64,000 nt of DNA. Source: Planctomycetota bacterium. GTDB lineage: Bacteria; Planctomycetota; Brocadiia; SM23-32; JAKLEA01. Of this stretch, positions 52,958-63,006 are shown one piece after another. Below the pieces are notes generated by a model. It had not been told where the DNA came from and made no database searches. It saw only the letters and a list, made by a program, of their open reading frames with translations. The DNA lies in contig JAKLEA010000028.1 of assembly GCA_022711755.1 (NCBI GenBank), forward strand, positions 3,020-67,019, written 5' to 3'. The translations under genes were made by a program, and so were the position numbers. Positions within the stretch are counted from its first letter, which is position 1. Every line of letters starts with the position of its first letter.

Positions 52958-54135
52958 GAATGTCGCCACAGACGTTGCTTGCAACCGTCGGTCTTGTGGC
53001 AGACGGAGAGATCGGGAGCGGCGTTGCCGCGAGGGCGATATCGGAATCGCTTTCAGAATCGGGCGACAATTCCGTGCCGTCGCTTCGTGAAGCCCTGATC
53101 GAAGCCGGCGTAGTTCATCGCAAGTTGGAGGACTACCTGGAGCGCAGCCGGTTCAGTCTTCACGCCTGCTCAAAATGCAGGAAGACATATCGGATTCGAG
53201 ATGGGGAGGAGTCAGACGGGGCAAAGTGTCCGGATTGCGGCGTCAGGCTTGCATCCCTGAGCGTGGGGAAAACACCTCCGGCGGCGCTGGCTGCAGATTC
53301 CGGGACAACTTACAGGATTTCTGCAGGAAGGCGTTTTGGACATTTTCTGCTTGATCGCAGGATCGGCAAGGGTGGATACGCCGGGGTATATCTTGCCCGC
53401 AACGAGCGCGCGGACAGGATCGTTGCCCTCAAAATCTTCGATAATTCCGGAGACCTATCGCCTGAGCATTTCATGCGAGGCTTCCAGCGCGAGACCAAGG
53501 CGGGAATGCGTCTGAACCATCCCAATATAGTGCGCGTCTACGACTACGGATGGGCCGGGAAGATGCCATACATTGAGATGGAGTTTATTGACGGGGAGAG
53601 CCTGGCGGACCGGGTTGACAGGGGAGGCGCGATTGAGCCGCGCGAGGCTGCAAGGATCGTTGCCGCATCCGCGCGAGCGCTGCACTTCGCGCACGGCAAG
53701 GGGATCATCCATCGAGACGTAAAGCCGCAGAACATTCTGCTCTCCAGAACGGGCGAAGTGAAGGTCTCTGATTTCGGATTGGCTAAGTTAAGCGATCCGG
53801 ACGTCAGTTCAACCAGCAAGCCGACGCTGGTCGGGACGCCGATGTACATGTCCCCCGAGCAGTGCCGATTTGAGAAACTGAACGGCCGTTCGGACATCTA
53901 CTCGCTTGGACTTGTTCTTTATTACGCGCTGTCAGGGCGTTTGCCGTATCCGGAAGGTTCGCTGATAAGCCTGATTCACGCGCAGATTTCGCAGACTCTG
54001 CCGCCGTTGCCCGCGCGGGCTGGGGCGGACATGGAGCCGTTTGAGAAAATTCTGACAAGGGCAACAACTAAGAAGTCGGAACGAAGGTATGAGACTGCCG
54101 GACGGATGGCGGACGACCTGCAAAGCCTGTTGTAG
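52954..54135 (+). CDS. Hanks-type Ser/Thr protein kinase with N-terminal zinc ribbon
   Basis: 393 aa. ATG 52954 overlaps the trpA stop (ATGA). Ribbon CSKC..(16)..CPDC. Kinase motifs GKGGYAGVYLA, VALKIF, HRDVKPQNILL, VSDFGLA, GTPMYMSPEQ. Confidence 0.85.
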   Translation: MRMSPQTLLATVGLVADGEIGSGVAARAISESLSESGDNSVPSLREALIEAGVVHRKLEDYLERSRFSLHACSKCRKTYRIRDGEESDGAKCPDCGVRLASLSVGKTPPAALAADSGTTYRISAGRRFGHFLLDRRIGKGGYAGVYLARNERADRIVALKIFDNSGDLSPEHFMRGFQRETKAGMRLNHPNIVRVYDYGWAGKMPYIEMEFIDGESLADRVDRGGAIEPREAARIVAASARALHFAHGKGIIHRDVKPQNILLSRTGEVKVSDFGLAKLSDPDVSSTSKPTLVGTPMYMSPEQCRFEKLNGRSDIYSLGLVLYYALSGRLPYPEGSLISLIHAQISQTLPPLPARAGADMEPFEKILTRATTKKSERRYETAGRMADDLQSLL

Positions 54136-54210
54136 CCTCAGGAGAAGGCCGATATCATTGCGAGTGTCTGGCGATTGTCCTTTTTCATAAAACTATTTCA
54201 GGATTCAAGG

Positions 54211-55917
54211 ATGCGTCAAGAAAATACGAGCGGCGATGTCAACATTGTCATCGGCGGAGAAGCGGGGCAGGGGCTGGTCACCGTAGGAGACATCCTGTCC
54301 AAGACTGTTGTCCGCGCGGGATACTCGATGGTTGTCACGCAGAGCTACATGTCCCGCATTCGCGGAGGGCACAACACATACTGCATTCGGGCGGGGATTG
54401 ATGAGCTCCAGGCTCCGCGCGAGTCTGTTGACGTCCTTGTCGCGATGAACGACGAAACCGTTGGGCTGCACAGGGGGGAGATGACGAACAGGGGATGCGT
54501 GATTATTGATGGAAAGTCGAAGGTTTCATCCGATGGTCTTGCAAGGCTTGCTGTGCCATTCTCTGAGTTGTCAGACAAACGGTATTTCAACATCGCGGCA
54601 TTGGGGGTGGTCGCCTCGCTGATCGGACTTGATGAGGAGCTGACGGCGGGGGCCGTTGATGACGCTTTCGGCAGGAAGCATCCGGAGTCCGTGGAGGCGA
54701 ACCGCGCCGCCCTGGCAAAGGCTTATGACTGGATGAAATCGCGCCGGTTGCCGGGACTTGTCCTGCCCCCGCCCCGACGTTCCGGCGGACGGATTGTCAT
54801 GAACGGCAATCAGGCGATTGCGCTTGGGGCATTGTCGGCGGGGGTGAAGTTCTGCGCCTTCTACCCGATGACGCCGGCGACCTCGATCGTTCTGAGTCTG
54901 GCGGCGGCGGATCAGAGGATGGGCGTTGTCGTCGAGCAGGCTGAGGACGAAATCGCCGCGATCAACATGGCCATCGGCGCCTCTTTCGCCGGAGCGCCGA
55001 GTATGGTCGCCACGTCCGGGGGCGGTTTTGCCCTGATGACGGAGGGCGTCAGCCTTGCCGGGATAACCGAGACGCCGATTCTGATAGCAGTTGCGATGAG
55101 ACCGGGGCCTGCCACTGGGTTGCCGACTCGTACGGCGCAGGGGGACCTTGAATTTGTCCTGCATTCCGGCCACGGCGAATTTCCGCGCGCGGTATTCGCG
55201 CCTTGCAATGTGGCGGAATGCTTCCACCTGACGCGCGGGGCGATGAAATTGGCTGAAAAATATCAAAGCCCGGTATTTATACTCACCGACCAGTTCATGG
55301 CGGATTCAAGCCGTGCCGTCGAACCTTTCGCTCTGGACGGGCTGGACACAGTTAATCCCGGCGCAATTCCGGAAAGTTTTAACGGGCTATATAAACGATA
55401 CGCGCTGACGCAGTCCGGCGTCTCGCTCCGGTTGCTGCCCGGAATAAGCAGAAACCTGGTTGTCGCGGACAGCGACGAACATACGGAAGAAGGTCATATT
55501 ACGGAGGATTTGGCTGTCCGGGTGGCAATGGCTGATAAGAGGAGCCGGAAGCTCGGTGGAATCACATCAGAAGTCATTCCGCCGCAATACGTCGGCGACG
55601 AGACTCCAGAGCTTCTGTTTGTCACGTGGGGATCGAGTTCTGGCTCGGTCCTGGAAGCGGCGGAGGTTCTGAGGGCGGGGGGGCGCAAGGTTGGAACACT
55701 GTGCTTCTCGCAGGTCTGGCCACTGGTTCCAGAACAGTTTGTTGAGAGATTGGAGAAGGCTCTGCGGGTTGTCGGAGTCGAGGGCAACGCGACGGGGCAG
55801 TTCTGCCGCCTGATACGGCGCGAAACTGGATTTGAGATCAGGGATCGCGTGCTGCGCTATGACGGCCTGCCCGTAACGCCGGAATTCGTGCTTGCCGGAC
55901 TCGGCAAAGTTGATTAA
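54211..55917 (+). CDS. 2-oxoacid:ferredoxin (acceptor) oxidoreductase, fused gamma/alpha subunit
   Basis: ORF track starts at TTG 54175. I prefer ATG 54211. The N-terminal gamma-like segment VNIVIGGEAGQGLVTVGDIL is followed by the alpha domain (GNQAIALGALSAGVKFCAFYPMTPAT, ATSGGGFALM). Substrate not assignable. Confidence 0.8.
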   Translation: MRQENTSGDVNIVIGGEAGQGLVTVGDILSKTVVRAGYSMVVTQSYMSRIRGGHNTYCIRAGIDELQAPRESVDVLVAMNDETVGLHRGEMTNRGCVIIDGKSKVSSDGLARLAVPFSELSDKRYFNIAALGVVASLIGLDEELTAGAVDDAFGRKHPESVEANRAALAKAYDWMKSRRLPGLVLPPPRRSGGRIVMNGNQAIALGALSAGVKFCAFYPMTPATSIVLSLAAADQRMGVVVEQAEDEIAAINMAIGASFAGAPSMVATSGGGFALMTEGVSLAGITETPILIAVAMRPGPATGLPTRTAQGDLEFVLHSGHGEFPRAVFAPCNVAECFHLTRGAMKLAEKYQSPVFILTDQFMADSSRAVEPFALDGLDTVNPGAIPESFNGLYKRYALTQSGVSLRLLPGISRNLVVADSDEHTEEGHITEDLAVRVAMADKRSRKLGGITSEVIPPQYVGDETPELLFVTWGSSSGSVLEAAEVLRAGGRKVGTLCFSQVWPLVPEQFVERLEKALRVVGVEGNATGQFCRLIRRETGFEIRDRVLRYDGLPVTPEFVLAGLGKVD

Positions 55918-55955
55918 TCGGAGATTGATTCCCGAAAAAGGGAGGAAGATAGAAG

Positions 55956-56807
55956 ATGGCGACTGCTGAAGACTTCGGAAATTACGAGACAGCGTGGTGT
56001 CCCGGATGCGGCAACTTTTCAATTCTGAAAGCGCTGAAGAAGGGACTGGCGGACGCGGGACTGGAGCCTCATCAGGTTCTAATGGTCTCCGGCATCGGCC
56101 AGGCCGCAAAGACGCCCCATTACATCAACTCCAATGTGTTTAATGGTCTGCATGGGCGTTCGCTTCCGACAGCCACCGGCGCAAAGCTGGCCAATCCAGA
56201 CTTGACGGTGATTGCCGAGAGCGGCGACGGATGCAACTACGGAGAGGGCGGGAACCACTTCCTGGCCGCCATCCGGCGCAATATTGACGTGACGCTGCTG
56301 GTCCATAACAATCAGATTTACGGGCTGACGAAAGGGCAGGCAAGCCCGACCACTCCCGAAGGCTATGTGACGAAGGCCCAACCGCATGGCGTGATGCTGG
56401 AGCCATTCAATCCCGTGGCGACGGCTGTGCTGTTGAGAGCGGGATTTGTTGCGCGCGGATTTTCAGGAATGATTGACCACCTGGCGGATTTGATCGTTCA
56501 GGCCATACGGCACAAGGGCTTATCCCTCGTGGACATCCTCCAGCCGTGCGTGTCATTCAACAACGTCAACACGTTTGCATGGTACAAGAAGCGCTGTTAC
56601 AAACTGCCCGGAGATTACGATCCGACTGATTGGAATGCCGCGCTGGCAAAGGCCGAGGAATGGGGCGACAGGATTCCCATCGGGGTTCTTTACAGCAATG
56701 AAAGACAATCACTCGACAGGCATTATGTGGAACTGGGATGTGCGCGCGGGATAAACTCCCAGACCGATATGAGGGAATTGGGTGAGATCATGAGAAAATA
56801 CGCCTGA
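55956..56807 (+). CDS. 2-oxoacid:ferredoxin (acceptor) oxidoreductase, beta (TPP-binding) subunit
   Basis: 283 aa. [55 protein letters not shown]. Confidence 0.85.
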   Translation: MATAEDFGNYETAWCPGCGNFSILKALKKGLADAGLEPHQVLMVSGIGQAAKTPHYINSNVFNGLHGRSLPTATGAKLANPDLTVIAESGDGCNYGEGGNHFLAAIRRNIDVTLLVHNNQIYGLTKGQASPTTPEGYVTKAQPHGVMLEPFNPVATAVLLRAGFVARGFSGMIDHLADLIVQAIRHKGLSLVDILQPCVSFNNVNTFAWYKKRCYKLPGDYDPTDWNAALAKAEEWGDRIPIGVLYSNERQSLDRHYVELGCARGINSQTDMRELGEIMRKYA

Positions 56808-56953
56808 TATGGTTTTGCGTTCGCCCGGCGGGTAATAATGCAGAGAGGATGCATGATCGGACATCGTGTCCGGTAAGTATATATGCCTGTTTGCTGGAGT
56901 CGGCAATGTTCAACTCGATCATGTCGTCTGCCACGGGGTTGAACACATTGTCC

Positions 56954-59059
56954 ATGGCTATGCTTGAAGAAAATGGAAAACGCAAAGCCAACCGTCTGGC
57001 AGTCGAGAACAGTCCATATCTTCTCCAGCATGCTTATAATCCGGTGGACTGGCATCCCTGGGGCGAAGAGGCGTTTCGTCTGGCAGCGGCACAGGACAAG
57101 CCGATATTCCTTTCCATCGGTTATTCGACCTGCCATTGGTGCCACGTGATGGAGCGGGAATCCTTTGAGGATAAGGACGTCGCCCGTCTTATGAACGAGT
57201 CGTTCATCTGCGTCAAGGTTGATCGCGAAGAACGTCCGGACCTTGACGGGTACTTCATGTCACTGTGTCAAATGATGACAGGAGAAGGCGGTTGGCCTCT
57301 GACAATCATAATGACGCCCGGGAAAGTTCCAATCTTTGCCGGGACATATATCCCGAAAGAAAACCGATATGGCCGCATGGGGATGATGAGTCTGATACCG
57401 AAGGTCAGTGGCATCTGGCGCAATAACCGCAGTCTGGCAACGATGGTCGCCGAAAAGGTGGCGGCAATCGCAAATAGAATTGATTCTTCTGAGGGCGAAG
57501 AACCTGGCGAGGGTGCGCTTCATGCCGGATATGCCCAGCTTTACGGGAAATACGACAGGATACATGGCGGATTCGGCGATTCTCCGAAGTTCCCGACGAC
57601 GCACAATCTGACTTTCCTGCTGCGATATTGGAAGAGAACCGGGAATCCCAATGCGCTTGCCATGGTTGAGAACACAATACTGAAGATACGTATGGGAGGC
57701 ATTTATGACCATATCGGACTGGGGGCGCACCGCTACTCAACTGACAGGGAATGGCTTGTGCCGCATTTTGAAAAGATGCTTTATGATCAGGCGCTGTTGT
57801 TGATGGCCTGCGCAGAGACTTTTCATGCCACCCGCAATGCCGAATACCGGCAAATCGCACAGGAGATTATTAGTTACGTCCGGCGCGATATGACGTCGCC
57901 TGACGGCGCGTTCTACAGCGCAGAAGATGCCGATAGCGAGGGGAGCGAAGGAGAATTCTACATGTGGACTCGAGAGGAAGTCCAAGAGGCTCTCAATGAT
58001 TCAGACGCAAAATTGTTCCTTGAGATATTCGGCATCAAGGAGAACGGCAACCTCCGCGGAGAGATTTCAACGGACGGCATCGCGCGCGCTATCCCGCATT
58101 TGAGGATCCCGCTTGATGAGACAGCGTCACAAATGGGATTGGCGCATGAGAATCTGCGCGAAAGGCTTGAAAGCATCCGGCTGAAATTGTTCGCGCAGAG
58201 GGAGAAACGGATTCATCCTTTTAAGGATGACAAGATTCTGGCCGATTGGAACGGATTAATGATCGCCGCCATGGCAAAGGCCGCTTGGGTATTTGACGAT
58301 AAATCTTACTCCGATGCTGCGATTAGGTGCTGCGGCTTTATCATGGAAAAGATGATGTCCCGGGACGGGAGTTTGTTTCACCGTTTCCGCGATGATCAGG
58401 TCGCTGTCAAAGGCTTTCTGGACGACTACGTATTTCTGGCGTGGGGGCATCTTGAGCTTTATGAGGCGACCTTTGAGACAGAGCATCTGCAATCAGCGCT
58501 CAGGCTGATGCAATATGTGAACGATCATTTTCGTGACGCAAGGGAAGGTGGATATCATTTTACCTCCGATGTCGGCGAGCGCCTTCCCATCAGGCGTAAG
58601 GAATCCGGCGATGGAGCTATTCCTTCCGGCAACGCAGTCGCCATGCTTAACCTGCTGAAGTTATCGCGGATGACCGGATTGACGGAACTGGAATCGCTCG
58701 CGCGGCAGACAGCAAAGGCCTTCGCTGATAGGATAAGTCGCTTTCCAATTGCTCATACGCAGTTTCTTCAGGCCGTGGATTTCGCGATCGGTCCGAGTGT
58801 TGAGGTAGTCATAGTCAGGGGCGACGGCGGCGCTGATGCGAAGGATTTTATCAACGCGTTGCGGGATAGCTATATTCCCGAAATGAGCGTCCTTGTGAAA
58901 AGCTCTGCCGGCGGTGGCGAGCTTGCGGCGATATCGCCTTTTACCTCAGCCATGAAAAGCATTGGCGGAAAGACGACGGCGCACGTCTGTCGCGGCTTTG
59001 TATGCGCCCAACCTGTGACTGATCCCGCCGCGATGATACGCATCATCGTCGGGAGATGA
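56954..59059 (+). CDS. thioredoxin-domain protein of the DUF255 / YyaL family (thioredoxin fold plus alpha/alpha-toroid)
   Basis: ORF track starts at 56849. The family N-terminus [46 protein letters not shown] suggests a start at ATG 56954 or 56960. Confidence 0.8.
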   Translation: MAMLEENGKRKANRLAVENSPYLLQHAYNPVDWHPWGEEAFRLAAAQDKPIFLSIGYSTCHWCHVMERESFEDKDVARLMNESFICVKVDREERPDLDGYFMSLCQMMTGEGGWPLTIIMTPGKVPIFAGTYIPKENRYGRMGMMSLIPKVSGIWRNNRSLATMVAEKVAAIANRIDSSEGEEPGEGALHAGYAQLYGKYDRIHGGFGDSPKFPTTHNLTFLLRYWKRTGNPNALAMVENTILKIRMGGIYDHIGLGAHRYSTDREWLVPHFEKMLYDQALLLMACAETFHATRNAEYRQIAQEIISYVRRDMTSPDGAFYSAEDADSEGSEGEFYMWTREEVQEALNDSDAKLFLEIFGIKENGNLRGEISTDGIARAIPHLRIPLDETASQMGLAHENLRERLESIRLKLFAQREKRIHPFKDDKILADWNGLMIAAMAKAAWVFDDKSYSDAAIRCCGFIMEKMMSRDGSLFHRFRDDQVAVKGFLDDYVFLAWGHLELYEATFETEHLQSALRLMQYVNDHFRDAREGGYHFTSDVGERLPIRRKESGDGAIPSGNAVAMLNLLKLSRMTGLTELESLARQTAKAFADRISRFPIAHTQFLQAVDFAIGPSVEVVIVRGDGGADAKDFINALRDSYIPEMSVLVKSSAGGGELAAISPFTSAMKSIGGKTTAHVCRGFVCAQPVTDPAAMIRIIVGR

Positions 59060-59082
59060 CCGCCCGGGCGCGGTCTTGTGTT
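59058..59082 (+). terminator. possible intrinsic terminator after the DUF255/YyaL-family gene
   Basis: GACCGC-ccgggc-GCGGTC at 59058-59075, followed by TTGTGTT. It overlaps the TGA stop codon. Confidence 0.35.
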
Positions 59083-59119
59083 GGGTGCGCCATATATTTG
59101 CTGGAGAGACGCGCTACTG

Positions 59120-59626
59120 TCAGGGATGGACATGCGATCCCTCTGTCTCCCCGGCGGTCAATTCCTGGCCTGGTAAAATCGCATTCTGGCGCTTCCATTC
59201 CTGCCAGAGCGCGTGGTGCGCCGGGGCGATCCAGAGCCAGTTTGCGATGATGACGGCAGGAAGACCGATCCGCATGGCAAGAAGCTCAATGCGGCCTGTG
59301 AATTCCACTCTTATCAGCCGGGTTCGGAAGACGACAGCGATAATCGCATACATGACCCACGCGAGGGCAATGACATAAAGCAGCGCGCCGAGGGGATTCA
59401 TGCGCAGGGCCGTCTCAATGTCCAGTCTCGACATGGCGCACCACGCGCGCGTCGTCCCGCAGGCCGGGCACGGATAGCTCGTGAAAGTGTAGAGCGGGCA
59501 TGGGCCTTTGAGCCTCAGGATATCGGGCAGAAGACTCGTTGCGGCAATGGCGCAAAGACTGATTGCGCCATAGACGGCCTCAATCCAGACGGATTTGCGA
59601 GACCATTTGACGAGGCGGATTTTCAT
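59120..59626 (-). CDS. DUF2752-family membrane protein
   Basis: 168 aa. CPLYTFTSYPCPACGTTRAW followed by hydrophobic helices. Confidence 0.7.
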   Translation of the reverse strand: MKIRLVKWSRKSVWIEAVYGAISLCAIAATSLLPDILRLKGPCPLYTFTSYPCPACGTTRAWCAMSRLDIETALRMNPLGALLYVIALAWVMYAIIAVVFRTRLIRVEFTGRIELLAMRIGLPAVIIANWLWIAPAHHALWQEWKRQNAILPGQELTAGETEGSHVHP

Positions 59627-59677
59627 GGTCCGTCAATTCTTCGAGCGCGTGGCAATGCGTCCCTGCGCAACTCGCTC

Positions 59678-61450
59678 CTACGAAACGGGGCGGGACTTAT
59701 CGAACATGCCCGTCGCGTAGCGATTTGTCATCGGTATGCGCCGGTCCTTGCCGAACGCCTTCGGGGTTATCTTGACGCCCGGCGGAGCCTGGCGGCGCTT
59801 GTATTCGTTGCGGTCAACCATGCGGACAACCTCGCGCACGACGGCGATATCGAATCCCCGCGCGGCGATTTCCTCCGCGGCCATGTCCTCCTCGACGTAG
59901 GCGCGCAGTATCGGATCGAGAAGGGGGTATGGGGGCAGGGAGTCTTCGTCCTTCTGGTTGGGGCGCAGTTCGGCGGTCGGGGGTCGGTCAATGATGCTCT
60001 GCGGGATTGCGTCGTATCCGGCGCGCATATTGTAGAAGTCCGATATCTCGTAGACCACCGTCTTGAACACGTCCTTGATGACGGAGTAGCCACCGGCCAT
60101 GTCGCCGTAGAGCGTGCAGTATCCGCAGGCGATCTCGCTCTTGTTCCCGGTGGTCAGCACCAGCCAGCCGAAGCGGTTAGACAGACCCATGAGGATGTTG
60201 CCGCGGATGCGGGCCTGGAGGTTCTCAGCCTCGATGCCCGGCGCGCCAGGACCGAAGGCCCCGGCAAGTTCCTCCATGTAGAGTGTGAAGATTTTCTCCA
60301 GGCTGATGGTAATGCACTGGATGCCGAGGTTGCGCGCCAGGATTTCCGCGTCTTTAAATGTGCCTTCGGACGTGTAGCGCGAGGGAATCCGGACGCCGAC
60401 GACATTCTCTTTGCCGAGCGCGTCGGCGGCGATTGCGGCGGTAATGGCGGAGTCAACGCCACCGCTGATTCCGAGGACGACCTTCTTGAACCCGTTCTTG
60501 CGCACGTAATCGCGCAGTCCGAGCTTGAGCGCTTCGAAAATCTCCTCGATCCGGCCGAATTCCGGCTCTACTGCGGCATCACAGGATTTTGAACCATTTG
60601 CGCAGTTACCGCCGGCAGGGGCATGGCATGCCGTACCCCTGCAATTGACAACAACCAATTTTCCGTGGGAGGCGCTACGGCCTGAACGTGATGCCAGTTC
60701 CACCGCATCAAAATCCGTGATAATAAGTCCCTCTGCAAACCGTTGCCCGGATGCGATCAGCCTTCCTTCCCGGTCGGTGACCATCACCCCGCCGTCGAAG
60801 ACCAGCTCGTCCTGGCCACCGACAATGTTGTTGTAACTCAGGCATGCGCCGGTTCTTTTTGCAAACTCCGACAGGACGCTACGTCGAAGGGCGATCTTGC
60901 CGGCGTGGAACGGCGATGCGGCGATGTTGACGGTCAGGGCTGCGCCGTTGTCCCGGACCGCGCGTTCAACGGGGCTGTCCTTGACCCACAGGTCCTCGCA
61001 GATGGTCACGGAAATCCGGATTCCGCGAATTTCCATCACCAGGGAGCCGTCGCCCCGCGCGAAGTATCGCTTCTCGTCAAAAACCCCGTAGTTCGGCAAT
61101 TCGACCTTGTGGTAGACGCCGGCAATGCGCCCGTCATGAATTACGGCGGCGGCGTTGTAGAGGGAGTTGCCCGAAAGGTCCGGGAAACCGACGATTGCGA
61201 CCGTTCCCCGCGTTGTCGCGACGACCTCCTCAAGAGCGATGCGCGAATCGCGCAGGAAGCTGGGTTTCATGAGGAGGTCTTCCGGAGGGTAGCCGCAAAG
61301 GGCAAGCTCCGGGAAGGTGACAACGTCCGCCCCCAGCCGCGCAGCCTCGGCGATCCGTTCTGCAATCGCGCCGGCGTTGCCTTTCAGGTCGCCGACCGTG
61401 GGATTCATCCGGGCATGAGCGATTCTCAGGATGGAGGACGTTGTTCCCAT
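59678..61450 (-). CDS. nadE: glutamine-dependent NAD+ synthetase (CN-hydrolase domain plus NAD synthetase domain)
   Basis: ORF track extends to 61939 (an Arg-rich spurious extension overlapping glnA). ATG 61450 gives LRIAHARMNPTVGDL..FPELALCGYPPEDL. ICEDLW. SGGVDS P-loop (LGISGGVDSAI). Confidence 0.9.
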   Translation of the reverse strand: MGTTSSILRIAHARMNPTVGDLKGNAGAIAERIAEAARLGADVVTFPELALCGYPPEDLLMKPSFLRDSRIALEEVVATTRGTVAIVGFPDLSGNSLYNAAAVIHDGRIAGVYHKVELPNYGVFDEKRYFARGDGSLVMEIRGIRISVTICEDLWVKDSPVERAVRDNGAALTVNIAASPFHAGKIALRRSVLSEFAKRTGACLSYNNIVGGQDELVFDGGVMVTDREGRLIASGQRFAEGLIITDFDAVELASRSGRSASHGKLVVVNCRGTACHAPAGGNCANGSKSCDAAVEPEFGRIEEIFEALKLGLRDYVRKNGFKKVVLGISGGVDSAITAAIAADALGKENVVGVRIPSRYTSEGTFKDAEILARNLGIQCITISLEKIFTLYMEELAGAFGPGAPGIEAENLQARIRGNILMGLSNRFGWLVLTTGNKSEIACGYCTLYGDMAGGYSVIKDVFKTVVYEISDFYNMRAGYDAIPQSIIDRPPTAELRPNQKDEDSLPPYPLLDPILRAYVEEDMAAEEIAARGFDIAVVREVVRMVDRNEYKRRQAPPGVKITPKAFGKDRRIPMTNRYATGMFDKSRPVS

Positions 61451-61467
61451 TTTGTTTGTCCCGCATG

Positions 61468-62796
61468 TCAGAGGATTGGGAGGTACTTGTCCAGTTCGTA
61501 CTTGCTGACGTGGGCGCGATAGCCCTCCCATTCCAGTTTCTTGTTGGCAATGAAACGATCGAAAATGTGATTGCCAAGCGCTTCGCGGACGAGTTCGCTG
61601 CGCTCGGTTTCGGCTATTGCTTCGCCGAGACTGCCGGGCAGGGGCACGATCCCGCGAGCCTTTTTCTGCTCCGGGGACATCTCGAAAATGTCTTCCTCGA
61701 TCGGCTCCGGGATTTCGTAATTTTCCGCAATGCCCTTCAGCCCGGCGGCCAGCATGACCGCGAAGGCCAGGTAAGGGTTGCAAGCCGGGTCGGGGCAGCG
61801 ATATTCGATGCGGGTCGCGTTCGGCTTGCCTGGTTTGTACATCGGCACGCGGATCAGGACCGAGCGATTGCGCCGCGCCCAGGAGATATAGCACGGGGCT
61901 TCGTAGCCCGGCACAAGCCGTTTGTAGGAGTTGACCCACTGCGCGACCACCGAGGAAATTTCGCGCGAATGCCTTATCAGTCCGGCGATGTAAGCCTTGG
62001 CCAGCTTCGAGAGATGGTAAGGGTCCTTCGCGTCAAAGAAGGCATTCTCCTTGCCCTTGAACAGCGACTGGTGCGTGTGCATCCCGCTCCCGTTCTCGCC
62101 CATCAGCGGCTTGGGCATGAAGGATGCGTGGACCCCGTTCTGAACCGCCACTTCCTTGACCGTCATGCGATAGGTCATGGCGGCGTCCGCCATCGTCAGA
62201 GCGTCGGAGTAGCGCAGGTCAATCTCCTGCTGGCTGGGCGCGACCTCGTGGTGGCTGTATTCGACCTTGATGCCCATCGCCTGCAGGTAGAGGATGGTCG
62301 CCTGGCGCAGGTCGCTTGCGACGTCGCGGGAGGTCAGTTCAAAGTATCCGCCCGCGTCGAGCGGGACCGTGCCTGATGCGTCCTTAAAGTAGAAATATTC
62401 GAGCTCCGGGCCGACGTACATCGTGTAGCCAAGGTCCTCGGCCTTCTTCAGGTTGCGCCGAAGCGCCCATCGCGGGTCGGCGTCATATGGTGCGCCGTCC
62501 GGGCGGTGAATGTTGCAGAACATCCGGGCGACAAGGCAGTCCCTGGCGGACCAGGGGAGTATCGTGAAAGTGGTCGGCTCGGGGCGGGCGATCATGTCGC
62601 TCTCCTCGATTCGGGCATAGCCTTCGATGGAGGAACCGTCAAATCCCATTCCCTCGTCCATTGCGTTTTCAAGCTCGTCGGCGGTTATTGTGAAGCTTTT
62701 GAGGAAGCCGAGGACATCGGCGAACCACAGACTGACGAACTTGATGTTCATGTCGCTTACGGTCTTGAGTACCCAATCCCTGTTCTTCGTTTCCAT
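61468..62796 (-). CDS. glnA: glutamine synthetase, type I
   Basis: ORF track extends to 62973. ATG 62796 follows GGAGAA. FVSLWFADVLG, GFDGSSIEGY, GPELEYFYF, HHEVAPSQQEI, KPLMGENGSGMHTHQSL, NSYKRLVPGYEAP. Confidence 0.9.
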   Translation of the reverse strand: METKNRDWVLKTVSDMNIKFVSLWFADVLGFLKSFTITADELENAMDEGMGFDGSSIEGYARIEESDMIARPEPTTFTILPWSARDCLVARMFCNIHRPDGAPYDADPRWALRRNLKKAEDLGYTMYVGPELEYFYFKDASGTVPLDAGGYFELTSRDVASDLRQATILYLQAMGIKVEYSHHEVAPSQQEIDLRYSDALTMADAAMTYRMTVKEVAVQNGVHASFMPKPLMGENGSGMHTHQSLFKGKENAFFDAKDPYHLSKLAKAYIAGLIRHSREISSVVAQWVNSYKRLVPGYEAPCYISWARRNRSVLIRVPMYKPGKPNATRIEYRCPDPACNPYLAFAVMLAAGLKGIAENYEIPEPIEEDIFEMSPEQKKARGIVPLPGSLGEAIAETERSELVREALGNHIFDRFIANKKLEWEGYRAHVSKYELDKYLPIL

Positions 62797-62878
62797 GCTT
62801 TTCTCCAGTTGCTGTGTGAATGCCGCGACGGCGATGCCGCGCCGCGCGACGATTGAAAACCGGTGTAGCGAAGGCGGA

Positions 62879-62907
62879 ATTATAGCGGGGGGAGAGCAGG
62901 TTTTGAA
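62879..62907 (-). promoter_or_regulatory. sigma-70-like promoter of glnA-nadE (TTCAAA-N17-TATAAT)
   Basis: Minus strand: TTCAAA at 62907-62902 and TATAAT at 62884-62879, leaving about 75 nt of GC-rich 5' UTR before ATG 62796. Confidence 0.4.
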
Positions 62908-63006
62908 GCGATTGCGAGACTCTGCGTCCGCCGGCGCATGCCGGGCGACTATGGATGGCGCATCTTCATCCAACGCTACTTATGGCTTTCTATGACCATG
63001 CCTGGG

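Noticed and set aside
62797-62878. A glutamine riboswitch (glnA RNA motif) in the glnA 5' UTR.
   Set aside because: The roughly 75-nt GC-rich leader shows only a generic hairpin. I could not recognise the conserved glnA-motif core. This needs an Infernal scan before any claim.
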